Shown piece by piece: positions 10,608 through 20,754 of a stretch of 64,000 bases of DNA. The DNA is taken from NCBI GenBank assembly GCA_030704845.1, contig JAUYKZ010000006.1:18046-82045 (forward strand), written 5' to 3'. Position 1 is the first letter of the stretch. Every line of letters starts with the position of its first letter. The notes under the pieces are model-generated. The model saw only the letters and a program-made list of their open reading frames with translations, was not told the DNA's origin and did not search any database. The DNA is from an archaeon. GTDB taxonomy: Archaea > Nanobdellota > Nanobdellia > Woesearchaeales > GW2011-AR9. Made by a program: the position numbers and the translations under genes.

Positions 10608-10632
10608 ATTCTTTTTTTTCTATTTATTTGTT
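10608..10632 (+). terminator. T-rich terminator of the ribosomal protein operon
   Basis: TTCTTTTTTTTCTATTTATTT just after the rpoN stop. Confidence 0.5.
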
Positions 10633-10724
10633 GAAATTTACTTTTAGGTTTTTTGTCACCAACTAGTGACCCCTTACGAAAACTTTATAAAGTAGTGCCT
10701 AAGAAGACAGTTAGGTAATTCAAA

Positions 10725-11150
10725 ATGTCAATAATTTACGATTTATGTCAACAAATGAGGCCACATTTACATGAGATTGGTCAGGCCGGCTTAATTGGTT
10801 TAACTGCAACTACCGCTCTTGCTACCGCAAGATCACTCAAAGGATCAAATACATTTGCAGATCAAATGAAAGATTCATTTAATTGGGCTACTGGCGCAGG
10901 ATTAGCAACTTTAGCTTACCTATATGACGTTCAACTTCCACCTGAAATAATTACAACTGATAAAGTTTCTACAGCTATTGATTATGTTGGAGCAGCGACT
11001 GCCGGAGCTGGAATTGGAGCTCTTTTAAGAGGAGTGTCTGGACCTGCTGATTGTTCTCTATCGGATAAAGTACGTGAAGGAGCAATAAGAGGAGCAATAG
11101 CTTTCCCGGTGGGATATGCTTTGTTTAATTATATCAGTCAAAGAATTTGA
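10725..11150 (+). CDS. Hypothetical Gly/Ala-rich membrane protein
   Basis: Four small-residue hydrophobic segments; own TATA box (CTTTATAAA). Confidence 0.6.
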   Translation: MSIIYDLCQQMRPHLHEIGQAGLIGLTATTALATARSLKGSNTFADQMKDSFNWATGAGLATLAYLYDVQLPPEIITTDKVSTAIDYVGAATAGAGIGALLRGVSGPADCSLSDKVREGAIRGAIAFPVGYALFNYISQRI

Positions 11151-11155
11151 TTAAA

Positions 11156-11932
11156 ATGAAGAAAGTTACACAAATTGCAATTGCTTTACTTGCGTCCTTA
11201 GGAATACACCAAGAAATAAACTATTATTCTAATTCTAGAAAAAATGAAGTTAAAGCGGAATATTCTAATTCTAAAGAAAAATTAAAAAAAGACTTAGAAA
11301 GTAAAATAGGGGATAATAATTACCAGAGTTCCAATAATGCAAATAAAAAAGAAGTTCTATCAAGATATAACTTTACAAGAAAATCTTTACAAGAGATATT
11401 TGATGAATATCAAAAAGAACATCCTGAAGAAAAATTTGAAAAATCTATTATCGTAGAAAAAGAACCTAGAGTCTTAACAGTTTATGTAAATAATATTCCT
11501 TTAAAATCATATAGAATTGCTCTAAGCGGTGTTCCTGGAGATAAAGTCTTGGAAGGAGATATGAAAACACCTGAAGGAGATTTTTTTATTGAAAGAAAAA
11601 GATATAGTAATTTTGACCATCCTTTAATTATCAGTTATCCGCTTCCAGAAGATGCAGAAAGAGGATTAAAATATGGTATTATTAAGAGATGGAGATATAA
11701 AGAAATAATTGATGCACATAAAAACTGCAAAGTTCCTCCCCAAAGAAATGATGGTCTTGGAAGTAATATTTTAATTCATGGCGGCGGTGGTTATTCTAGA
11801 GGTGATTGGACAGCTGGATGTATTGCATTAAATAATTCTGAGAAAGATGAATTATATCAGTTTATTAAACCGGGATGTAAAGGAACAAAAGTTATAGTCG
11901 TAGGTAGATACTACGATTTTGATGAAGAATAA
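11156..11932 (+). CDS. L,D-transpeptidase (YkuD) family protein, YafK/DpaA-like, N-terminally anchored or secreted
   Basis: GDK..EGD.KTPEG.F, ISYP..ED, ILIHGG...WTAGCIAL (His...GC catalytic motif); N-terminal hydrophobic stretch. Confidence 0.85.
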   Translation: MKKVTQIAIALLASLGIHQEINYYSNSRKNEVKAEYSNSKEKLKKDLESKIGDNNYQSSNNANKKEVLSRYNFTRKSLQEIFDEYQKEHPEEKFEKSIIVEKEPRVLTVYVNNIPLKSYRIALSGVPGDKVLEGDMKTPEGDFFIERKRYSNFDHPLIISYPLPEDAERGLKYGIIKRWRYKEIIDAHKNCKVPPQRNDGLGSNILIHGGGGYSRGDWTAGCIALNNSEKDELYQFIKPGCKGTKVIVVGRYYDFDEE

Positions 11933-11955
11933 GAAGAATCAGAATTTTCTTAAGA

Positions 11956-14229
11956 TTATCTTGATGATGTGATAAACGTTTTTCCGTCTTTCGTCCAGAT
12001 CAGTTTTCCAATAGCCATATCACGGAAAAGCCAGGATCTTTCCCCTTTAGTCTTACCAGTATCCGGATCGATTGGACGCACAAGTATGTTATCATTTATG
12101 TCAGATTGGCCAATAACACCAGGCATCAGCTCATTAAGTGGAGCTAGACCATACCACCCTTGAATAAGGTCAACTTCCGGGTATTTATCTATCAGAACAA
12201 CAAGATGTGGCCTAAGTTCACCAGTAGAATCTGGAGGAGGTACCGTATTACAAGAACTATAAAATACCTTTTTTACATCTCCTTCTGGGAAGTCTTTAAA
12301 ATCAATTCGATCTATCGGGTTATGGCTATCATCTTTAGTCTTTACTGATGGTGCATCACGCCAGATATAATCAGAATTTGCCCAATGATGTCCCGTGATT
12401 ACAAGATTTTTACTATTAGTTTTTGGTGGTAAATCTCTGCTGTTAAGAATAAGACATCCAGTGCCACTTTTCCTGCACCATTTTTCCATGCTTTGACCCG
12501 ATGATGCGGCGTCACCAGCAATAATAATCGTCGTGGTTGGGGAAGAACCATCTTTCGATTTAATCACTTTACCAAAAGATTCAGCAAATTTCTGTTCGCA
12601 ATCCTTGTCAACATAACAGGTGACAAATGAGTTTTGTCTTGATGATTCAAAGTAGTTTTCAACATATGCTGACTTTTCGATGTTATAAGTTTTATATCCA
12701 CTGTTAGAAGACCAATGTTGCATCTTTTCTTCATTGGTAACTGGATCTTTAGAAGTCACATCAAAACGACCAACATTCAGTTTAGCCAAATCTTTGTCTA
12801 CGGAGACATCACCATTGCCACTAACAATGACTTCGCTAATAACTTTTTGTTCGGTGGAAGAAATATCTTTCTTTTCGGTTGAACGATAAATTGCTTTTCC
12901 GTTATCAATATGATCAACCAGAACTTTATTAAAATAAGCAGAAGATGAGACAGAAACTTCATCTCCTTGTTTAATTCCCACGTAACGCAATTCTGTACGA
13001 TAACTCGGATCTCTAGTGTTACCATCACGATTAATTAAACAACTGAAACCAGTTTTACAGAAAGTATCTCTTTCTTTATTCTCAGAGTAGTATAATCGAT
13101 CACCTTTAAAATTAATTGTCGTGTCACCAAGTTGATCTTTCATTGACCCATCACCAATTAAAATAAATTCGTTCATAGCCGAAAGAAATTGATTCTTTGT
13201 CCTATCTCCCGGCTCAAGGACTGTTCCTTTAATCACCTGGGCAGTAGCTGTATATTCTTCAACACCAAAAGTATAATGTTTTGAAGATACTGACGATAAA
13301 CGTAAAAAGTCTTCACCTTCTGTACTTGCGACAATATCACCCTCATCTCCCCTAAAAAAACGAAAACTACCTTTGTAAAGAATCTTTCCAGAAACTGATT
13401 CCCGCGTCGGGGTATCTTTAGGGAGAACTTTTTTTGGTAAATTAACCTCAATACTTGCACACTTTCTGATATCTGTACCAGGACAATCAGCAAAAATAGC
13501 GACTTCTTTAACATCGGCATCAATTTGAAGAGTTCCCCCGGTGATCTGATAATTATTCTGTCCTTCAGTGATTAATGGATTTCCACCCGGACCTCTAGCT
13601 AATTTGAAATCCTCGGTTCCGCTAACTTCACCAAATGGAACTATTAATCTTCCATCTTTTAATACTCTAGAACCGAGAGGTACTTCATTAACTGTAAATT
13701 TAGTAGTTCTAATATTTTTATTAACATTATCCAGTCCAAGAATTTCTATTTTTTTTCCATCAAAAGAATTGATTTCCGCCCCTTCATCTTTAACACCATA
13801 ATTATAAAACCAAACTTCTTTGATTTTATAATTGTCATTTAAGATGGAAGTATCTTGCTGAAGTCTTGTACTTACATCTAGAAAAATTGGATTAAGTTTT
13901 CCGTTGATTAAAGAAGGATTAAAATTTACAGCGCGGACAAGATCTGGAGTTTGAAGTTTATTACTTACAGATGGATTAATATCCAAAGCAGAAGCTAATT
14001 TGTCAGTCGTGACAATAGACATGTCGCTTATTTTCCCTTGTTCAATAGCGGTAGCTAAATCTGTGGGTCCAAGATTATTCACATAATCAGGACTACTATA
14101 ATCTGCTTGCTGGTCTTCTGCTGGACAATCTGGTGGACATTCAGCTAAAGCTAACGGAAGTACAACTAACAAAACCATCATAACCAACAGTACTTTTCCT
14201 ACCTTACTTCCAGTAACCATCTTTTCCAT
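11956..14229 (-). CDS. Large secreted protein with C-terminal caspase/clan CD-like His-Cys domain
   Basis: Signal peptide ending PLALA; C-terminal LVITGHH...VFYSSCNT...LIQGW pattern; start codon uncertain. Confidence 0.55.
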   Translation of the reverse strand: MEKMVTGSKVGKVLLVMMVLLVVLPLALAECPPDCPAEDQQADYSSPDYVNNLGPTDLATAIEQGKISDMSIVTTDKLASALDINPSVSNKLQTPDLVRAVNFNPSLINGKLNPIFLDVSTRLQQDTSILNDNYKIKEVWFYNYGVKDEGAEINSFDGKKIEILGLDNVNKNIRTTKFTVNEVPLGSRVLKDGRLIVPFGEVSGTEDFKLARGPGGNPLITEGQNNYQITGGTLQIDADVKEVAIFADCPGTDIRKCASIEVNLPKKVLPKDTPTRESVSGKILYKGSFRFFRGDEGDIVASTEGEDFLRLSSVSSKHYTFGVEEYTATAQVIKGTVLEPGDRTKNQFLSAMNEFILIGDGSMKDQLGDTTINFKGDRLYYSENKERDTFCKTGFSCLINRDGNTRDPSYRTELRYVGIKQGDEVSVSSSAYFNKVLVDHIDNGKAIYRSTEKKDISSTEQKVISEVIVSGNGDVSVDKDLAKLNVGRFDVTSKDPVTNEEKMQHWSSNSGYKTYNIEKSAYVENYFESSRQNSFVTCYVDKDCEQKFAESFGKVIKSKDGSSPTTTIIIAGDAASSGQSMEKWCRKSGTGCLILNSRDLPPKTNSKNLVITGHHWANSDYIWRDAPSVKTKDDSHNPIDRIDFKDFPEGDVKKVFYSSCNTVPPPDSTGELRPHLVVLIDKYPEVDLIQGWYGLAPLNELMPGVIGQSDINDNILVRPIDPDTGKTKGERSWLFRDMAIGKLIWTKDGKTFITSSR

Positions 14230-15530
14230 GTTCCGCCAAATTCATTTTTTACATTTACCCTTATTGAATGGGTTCCTAGATCATCTTTTGTTGGCGTAAA
14301 ATTAATAATTCCGGTTTCAGAATTGATATCAAATAAATAACTTTCATCGGTATATGTAATTCCACCACGATCATTAGAAATTGGAATTTTAAACACGTAC
14401 TCCTTACCTACTTCAGCAGTCTGTTGAGGAATGTTTTGAATTATTGGTAAATTGCCCGGATTTACATTAACATTTATCACAAAAGGAGCAATATTTTCAT
14501 TGTCAAAATTATCAGTTGCAATAACATAATAAAGATATTCGTCATTGGGAAAATTTTTTGTATCTAACGTAATAATTCCAGTTACCGGATTTATCGGAAG
14601 AGTTGATGGATCAGTGCTGAATGACACTTTATCATTTTCGCTTCTTGCTTCCAAATTATAAATTCCAGGCATGTCAATATTCCATTCGTCAGGTAAGATA
14701 ATTGAAACTGAAGGTTCTGGTTCAAAATCAGTAGGCGGAATTTCTATCGTTTCGGTAACCCAATCAAATCCTAAACCAAACCGATATAAAATTGGTTCTT
14801 CCTCTAACCCTTCATCGTAAACAAAATTTAGAACAACGTCTTTCCCCTCATCTCCGTACTGATTAAACCCGTAAATGAAATTATTCTCATATGCGGCCGA
14901 AGATAAAGGACTTATTTGGAATGTTTCCGGAGATTCTTCCTGCGTTTCAAGGTATCCTTGAACAAATTCATATTTACTGACAAAATCAAACGGAATCAAT
15001 GAAATGAATTGATTATAACCGCTTTCCGTTTCTCCAAGTTTTATTGTGACCGGATGTGATAAAGAAACCCTTGTTCCTGAACGTGTGAAAGCAATTTTAA
15101 TTTCGGGCTGGCCAGCATTAATAACATATCCTTTTTCTTTGAAAAAATTAAAATTATCGAGACATTCTTCATATATAGGGATAGCTCCCAAAGCAGTCTG
15201 GTCTGCAACAGTATTCAAAGATGGCAAGGAAGATTGTTTATTTTGGAAATAGTATGGAAGCGCAAAAACATTTTCTTTCTCAGTGAACGAAAGAAGAGAA
15301 AGGTCTAACGGATATTGGTTATATCCACCATTGTTAAGAGTTGTATATAACGATTTAGTTGTACTTTTTTCTAAACATTGTTCAATAAATGAAGTAACTG
15401 AAGCCGTTTCAACTTGATTAATAGATTTAGTATCACCAAAATTATCTTTAAGGAAGAAAAAAGATCCAGCTACAAGCAGAATAATTATACCTATAATTAT
15501 AAAAATCGTAACTTGTCCCCTTTTTTGCAT
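14199..15530 (-). CDS. Class III signal peptide (type IV pilin-like) protein with two C-terminal Ig/cadherin-like domains
   Basis: MQKRG|QVTIFIIIGIIILLV; INPVTGIIT and INSETGIINFTP repeats. Confidence 0.7.
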   Translation of the reverse strand: MQKRGQVTIFIIIGIIILLVAGSFFFLKDNFGDTKSINQVETASVTSFIEQCLEKSTTKSLYTTLNNGGYNQYPLDLSLLSFTEKENVFALPYYFQNKQSSLPSLNTVADQTALGAIPIYEECLDNFNFFKEKGYVINAGQPEIKIAFTRSGTRVSLSHPVTIKLGETESGYNQFISLIPFDFVSKYEFVQGYLETQEESPETFQISPLSSAAYENNFIYGFNQYGDEGKDVVLNFVYDEGLEEEPILYRFGLGFDWVTETIEIPPTDFEPEPSVSIILPDEWNIDMPGIYNLEARSENDKVSFSTDPSTLPINPVTGIITLDTKNFPNDEYLYYVIATDNFDNENIAPFVINVNVNPGNLPIIQNIPQQTAEVGKEYVFKIPISNDRGGITYTDESYLFDINSETGIINFTPTKDDLGTHSIRVNVKNEFGGTWKRWLLEVR

Positions 15531-15645
15531 AATGTTAACACCTAACTAAAAAAAGGTCTAAAGGACATAGTCCTTTCTCTACCTTTTTTGCATATGAAAT
15601 AAGTAAGAAATGGACGTATTTAAAGGTAACTATTCGAGAGGTATT

Positions 15646-16089
15646 TTATTTTAACATCTCTCTTAATTTTAAGTATTGTTTCTTTGTAAATTCAATAGCT
15701 TTTTGAGCATAGTTCTTCTCAAGCATTGTTCCATAATAAAGCATTCCATTCCTGAAATATCTTAATTGGTCTGCAAACTGAACATCACGTTCATTAAATC
15801 CTACGGTTCTCATATAAGCTACTTCTGCTTCGTGAGCTCCAAAGCCAGATGCATTATATCCATCTAAAAGCATTTTTGCTCTTATCAACTCCATTAAAAT
15901 ATCATAACATACTTTTATTAACATGTTTGCAGTATCATCAGAAACTTTTAATTTTTCTATTATCTTTAATAAATTGTTATAGCTATTTTCAGATTCTTCA
16001 ATTAGGAATTTTGCTCTTGATTTGTCAGGATATTGTTTCTTTACAACATTATCCTTAATAAACTCTTCAAAATGCCTTATTGCCTTCAT
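15646..16089 (-). CDS. HEPN domain protein (toxin of MNT-HEPN pair)
   Basis: Helical protein, HEAEVAYM, LRYFRNGMLYYG (Rx4Y variant); overlaps the upstream MNT by 4 nt. Confidence 0.7.
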   Translation of the reverse strand: MKAIRHFEEFIKDNVVKKQYPDKSRAKFLIEESENSYNNLLKIIEKLKVSDDTANMLIKVCYDILMELIRAKMLLDGYNASGFGAHEAEVAYMRTVGFNERDVQFADQLRYFRNGMLYYGTMLEKNYAQKAIEFTKKQYLKLREMLK

Positions 16090-16634
16090 AATTCAACGCC
16101 ACCAACCAGAACAATACCATTGAAAAGGTTCTCTTTTAAGTGTTTATGTATTTTATTGAATGATTCATAGAAATTAATGTTTATTGTTCTTTCAAGTAAT
16201 TTTTCATAGACAGACACCACAAACAGTTTATCTTTTCTTCCGATTACTGCAATATCTATATCTGAGTTTATTAAGTCATCTCCTCTTGCATATGATCCAA
16301 ATAGTATTATAGTTGCTCCAGCAAATTCCTTTTCAAGAAAATCCGCTAGCCCAGATTCATAAATTTGTCGTAGGTTGTCTACTCGTTTTAACTGCATAAC
16401 TGTTTGAGAACTTCTATTTAACTCTATAGACCACCTTTTAGATGCTTTATCCTGCTGTACTTTTACAAAGTGCTCTTTTTCCAATGTTGGAATTGCCTTC
16501 ATAACAGCTGGTTGTGATACATCCAGAAACAGGGATATTTGTCTTTGGTTTAATGCTGTGCCAGCTTTTACAAATAATAATCTCAAAATCTCCTGTTGCA
16601 AGTTTGTTAACTTAAGTTTATATGTGTTTGCCAT
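16086..16634 (-). CDS. HTH-fused minimal nucleotidyltransferase (MNT antitoxin)
   Basis: N-terminal wHTH; IILFGSYARG..SDIDIAVI. Confidence 0.85.
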   Translation of the reverse strand: MANTYKLKLTNLQQEILRLLFVKAGTALNQRQISLFLDVSQPAVMKAIPTLEKEHFVKVQQDKASKRWSIELNRSSQTVMQLKRVDNLRQIYESGLADFLEKEFAGATIILFGSYARGDDLINSDIDIAVIGRKDKLFVVSVYEKLLERTININFYESFNKIHKHLKENLFNGIVLVGGVEL

Positions 16635-16877
16635 AGTTTAGATATGTAAACCCTTGTTAATATTTAAATGTTTTGGTTAGATGGGCTCCGTAGAAAGAGT
16701 CTCGTTCAGAGCCCTGCCAAAAGCTGTTTAATCCTCGTCATGCAGGGCGACCTTATTTAGTTTTACCAAGAATTGTTTTTATTTCTTTTTCAAACTTTCT
16801 TAGTGTCCGGAAGAATCTCATCTAGTTCATTTAAATAAGTATTCATTATATAAAGAAAGACCAGTGATTATTTGAAA

Positions 16878-17699
16878 TTATCCCTTAACAATTCTTGCCA
16901 CATATAACCTAGCCCAAGCAATTACTATCAGAAGGAAACCTAACCCAATCATAGTAAGAATCCATTTTGGCTGGTAAATAAATACTCTTTGGATAAGGTA
17001 ACTTATCACGTTAGCTGCAAGCATTACAACTAGCATCAGAAGAATTCCATACGATAACAAAGACCAATTTTTCTTCCAGTTATGGAAAGACATCCCAATA
17101 GATTCCCAAACCTTGTTACTTTTTGCAAAAGATTTGTATGCAAGGAACATGAAAACAAGGAATATAAACATGAAGAAAGCCGTAATCATGTTCGTATAAA
17201 ATAAACCTAACACTTGATTCTTAAAAGGAGTAAGGAATACGAACGGCGATTTAAGAGCAATTGATAGTAAAGAGTATAACACTCCGGTTACAATCATCAA
17301 CAATGAAATTAAATTCCATTTAAGGAAACTTCTCACGGAAGTATGTTTCTTCATGATAGTATCCCAGATAACCATTCTTGAGAATGAATATACGGCTAAC
17401 GCTAAGAGTATTATTAAAAGAGAACCGCCAACCATGATAAACAAGAAATTTCTTACATTATCCGAGAATGCTTTATTATAATCTTGTGAGCCGGAAAGAA
17501 GTGCTGTTTTAAGTTGTTCAACAGTTAAACCGCCACTGATATCGTAAGCTTTCGCAGTTAGCAATGAGCCGAAACTTAAGAATAACCCGATGATTAGCGC
17601 GAACGCTATAACGTCAGTTAAAAGAGTTTTCCAAAAAATGTGATCTAATTTAAACGAATCCAAGAATGTTTTCAGATGTCGATTTATTTTTAGTTTCAT
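16878..17699 (-). CDS. Multi-pass membrane protein
   Basis: About 6 hydrophobic helices; directly follows 17701..19515. Confidence 0.75.
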   Translation of the reverse strand: MKLKINRHLKTFLDSFKLDHIFWKTLLTDVIAFALIIGLFLSFGSLLTAKAYDISGGLTVEQLKTALLSGSQDYNKAFSDNVRNFLFIMVGGSLLIILLALAVYSFSRMVIWDTIMKKHTSVRSFLKWNLISLLMIVTGVLYSLLSIALKSPFVFLTPFKNQVLGLFYTNMITAFFMFIFLVFMFLAYKSFAKSNKVWESIGMSFHNWKKNWSLLSYGILLMLVVMLAANVISYLIQRVFIYQPKWILTMIGLGFLLIVIAWARLYVARIVKG

Positions 17700-17700
17700 T

Positions 17701-19515
17701 TTATATATTCAACGTAACTCCGGGTGATGACGAAGTAATTGAAGGTAATCTTTGGGAACCTTCATATTCAATTTCTCCTTTCTCTATTTCTTTTATGTCA
17801 GCACAAATTTCTGAGATGTCACTTCCAACAGAGGATTTTATGTTATGTTTAAACCGGATACATGCTCGCGTGAAATCTTCCGGCCTATATTTAGCAACGA
17901 TAGCCCCATCTGTATCTCCGTTATTTAATTGAATTACATCCGTACCAGTTATGAATTCTCCCCGTTTATACACTGGAAGAGCTTGACCAGATCCTTCTAG
18001 GAATATGTTGAATGAAACAGCTACCCCGTTCTCGTCAACGAATGGAGTGAATTTCTCATCCTGCGGAGCAGTTACTCTCCAATGAATTTTATAAAATTTA
18101 CCTTTAACTGGTTCTTCATCATCTTCGTTCTTGTAACAGAACTCATCATTTTTACATACGAAATCTTCCGGACAAATAAATTCTTGATCTGATTCCTCGT
18201 CAGGATTTCTGTCGCAAAGAATAAATGATTGTCTTGGCGATTTTTCTACTTGAAGTGCGCCAACAGATTGGTACGTTCCAGATTGAGTTCTGAAAAATGC
18301 AGTAGATTGTCCAGGGGATTCTGCTCTTTGCCGATCGTCATTTAAACAAACCGCTGAACTAGCGAATGCAGGAAGATCTGCAAAAAAGTTAAGAGTTTCA
18401 TCATTTGCATCTATCAACCAGCCATTCTTAGTTGCATCTGGGAAAATTAAATTTGATAATGATCTATAACTTCCTAAAGCTTGCAATGCTCTAATTCCGC
18501 CGCCAGCAACTTGACCGAAACCACTTTGACCTTTAACAAGAGTTTGGTATCCTTCGCTACCAATTCCTTGCCACCATCGAGTTTTTACTGAAGCAGATTC
18601 CGCATCTTGTCTTGCTGCTTCTGCGCGTTTTTTAGTAGCTGCGTATTCTGATGATTGGATTGATTCTGCATTTTGTTGCACTTCTAGATCAGATTTTACT
18701 TCTCCAGTTTTTGTTTCTCTCCATAATTCACCTTCTTTTACATAGGTTTTTCCGCCAATTGTTGCTTGCCAACCATCGACTGCTGACGAGAATAATTCTT
18801 TGTTTTCTTTTAATTCTTGTTGGGTGTGGATAAATGAATCTGCTTTCTCTTCATAACCAACGGCAAGACCTTCATATAAAGTTGCTGCATCGTTGTCTGA
18901 TAGTTTGAAGTTTTTGCAGGTTGGGGTGTGGAAACAATTGGTTGCTTGTTTTATTTCTTCACGATTTAAACCTTTTTTAGGAACAGTAGTAAGCCCCATC
19001 TCTTCTGCGATATTGGCGACTGCTATCCTTTCGGCATTATTTTGTTGTTTTAATTCTTCATCTATTTTAGCTGCTTTGGCTTGAAGACCGTTTGCTTTCG
19101 CTTTTTGTTGTGCTGCTTGGAGATTTTTTAAAGCTGTTGGGTTCGCCTTTATTTTGTCTGTGTATTCTTTTTGTTTTGCTTGATCGACTTGCTTACTATT
19201 TTGATAGAATATCCCATTTTCATCAACACTAATGTCGTCAAATAATGTTTCAGTAAATTGTGCTGCAACTTGAACACCACTCGGAGTAGTTGAAGACGCA
19301 GAAGCTTTTAACCATTCATCGAAAGTAGCTGGAATGGGGTTTGCTGGGGGATTTTTCACTCTTTCTTCCTTTTCATTTAACAACAAGCTAAGGGGACTAC
19401 CCTTAATAACAGCCTCTCCTGTTTCACCGTTAGACTTAACCTCTTCTTGAGCGACTATCAACGTACTTAAAACTATTACAAAGAGTACAAACATCATCGC
19501 TTTTTTTAAATTCAT
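17701..19515 (-). CDS. Secreted hypothetical protein with helical N-half and Cys-containing C-terminal domain
   Basis: Signal peptide MNLKKAMMFVLFVIVLSTLIVA; Gly-rich amphipathic segment; Cys cluster. Confidence 0.7.
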   Translation of the reverse strand: MNLKKAMMFVLFVIVLSTLIVAQEEVKSNGETGEAVIKGSPLSLLLNEKEERVKNPPANPIPATFDEWLKASASSTTPSGVQVAAQFTETLFDDISVDENGIFYQNSKQVDQAKQKEYTDKIKANPTALKNLQAAQQKAKANGLQAKAAKIDEELKQQNNAERIAVANIAEEMGLTTVPKKGLNREEIKQATNCFHTPTCKNFKLSDNDAATLYEGLAVGYEEKADSFIHTQQELKENKELFSSAVDGWQATIGGKTYVKEGELWRETKTGEVKSDLEVQQNAESIQSSEYAATKKRAEAARQDAESASVKTRWWQGIGSEGYQTLVKGQSGFGQVAGGGIRALQALGSYRSLSNLIFPDATKNGWLIDANDETLNFFADLPAFASSAVCLNDDRQRAESPGQSTAFFRTQSGTYQSVGALQVEKSPRQSFILCDRNPDEESDQEFICPEDFVCKNDEFCYKNEDDEEPVKGKFYKIHWRVTAPQDEKFTPFVDENGVAVSFNIFLEGSGQALPVYKRGEFITGTDVIQLNNGDTDGAIVAKYRPEDFTRACIRFKHNIKSSVGSDISEICADIKEIEKGEIEYEGSQRLPSITSSSPGVTLNI

Positions 19516-19829
19516 ACTATCTTAATCCCATTCTTTACTGCTTCTTTAACTATACCAATCTCTTTCTTTCGTTTATTAAATTCTTCAGGAGTTAAACATA
19601 CAAAATCAACAGGATATCCTAGATCCCACATCAGATATAATGGTGGAGATCTCTTTAAATGTCTTTTTCCTCGGAATTTTGATGAGACCATAATCAAATC
19701 TACGTCACTATCTTTTCTCACCTTTCCAGTTGCCCTTGAACCGAATAAGTACATTGAGCGTAAAGGGTACTCCTTAGAGATACTTTCTGCAAAACCTTTC
19801 AAAGATCCAATTAATTTTTTTGTATCCAT
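19512..19829 (-). CDS. Minimal nucleotidyltransferase (MNT)
   Basis: YLFGSRATG..DSDVDLI, PVDFVCLTPEEF. Confidence 0.88.
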   Translation of the reverse strand: MDTKKLIGSLKGFAESISKEYPLRSMYLFGSRATGKVRKDSDVDLIMVSSKFRGKRHLKRSPPLYLMWDLGYPVDFVCLTPEEFNKRKKEIGIVKEAVKNGIKIV

Positions 19830-20188
19830 TGTAAAATTATTTCCGTAAGTTTTAGGATATATTCAGCTTCTTTTTTATTTACTTTCTCAAAAGGTAATTC
19901 ATTACCTTCTGGATATCTTACTTCCACATATACTGGGTTTATTTCAGCGCAGGCTTTAATAATATTGTCTGGTGCTCCAACTTCCCGCGCTAATTTTACT
20001 AAATCATGTATTCTTAATAAATCTTTATTTTTCTGCAGATAATGATATTTAAGAGATTTTTCAACCGCTTGTTGACAAAGTAAGGCCGTAACATAGTAAT
20101 CACCAGAAATTAAACTATTCTTAGCACTTTTAAGATCTCGTTTTGCTTGCTTCAACCATACCTCAACATCATTTCTCATTATTGACAA
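19811..20188 (-). CDS. HEPN domain protein
   Basis: WLKQAKRDL, QQAVEKSLK, IHDLVKL, Y..VRYP; likely start at 20179. Confidence 0.88.
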   Translation of the reverse strand: MSIMRNDVEVWLKQAKRDLKSAKNSLISGDYYVTALLCQQAVEKSLKYHYLQKNKDLLRIHDLVKLAREVGAPDNIIKACAEINPVYVEVRYPEGNELPFEKVNKKEAEYILKLTEIILQWIQKN

Positions 20189-20754
20189 TATACCTCTACA
20201 ACCTTAAAAACGTTTCCATAAATCAGATGATCCTTCCGTATCTCTATCGCTAAAGCATTCTTCCTACGTAAACTTTCAGCAAATCCTTTCCAAGTGCTAA
20301 ATTCTATGTTTATTTCCCGTGGAAAGACTCGTTTTGCCTTGTTAATATCATCTTTCTTTCCGCCAATAACAATTAAATCCAAATCTGAGCTTTCTTTTTG
20401 TCTTCCCTTTGCAAAACTTCCGAAAACAATTATCGTCTCTGCAAAAGGAATCAAGCCTTTCATAATCAATGAAAATTCACTCTCCTTCAAAAGAAAAGAG
20501 GCTTTATAAGTCTCCACAATCTGAATCATTTGCTTCGCGAGAACACTTTTCCTATTAAGAACATATTTTTTGTTCCTTCCCTCTTTTGTGAAGAGAATAA
20601 TTTTATCTTTTACTAACCCATTCAATATTGTAAGAGCATTCTGCGGACTTGTTCCTACCGCCCTTGAGATTTCTCTGCCAGTGAAAGAAGCAGAGTAGTC
20701 CCTCGTGTAAAGCGCAAGAATGTCCATTTTTTTAGACATATGTCTATTTTTCAT
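20179..20754 (-). CDS. HTH-fused minimal nucleotidyltransferase (MNT)
   Basis: wHTH (REISRAVGTS); IVFGSFAKG..SSDLDLIVI. Confidence 0.85.
   Translation of the reverse strand: MKNRHMSKKMDILALYTRDYSASFTGREISRAVGTSPQNALTILNGLVKDKIILFTKEGRNKKYVLNRKSVLAKQMIQIVETYKASFLLKESEFSLIMKGLIPFAETIIVFGSFAKGRQKESSDLDLIVIGGKKDDINKAKRVFPREINIEFSTWKGFAESLRRKNALAIEIRKDHLIYGNVFKVVEVYCQ

Noticed and set aside
16640-16870. Possible decayed gene fragment (MNTYLNELDEILPDTKKV, frameshifted tail) and GC hairpin GCCCTGC/GCAGGGC
   Set aside because: Too short to assign; no diagnostic motif
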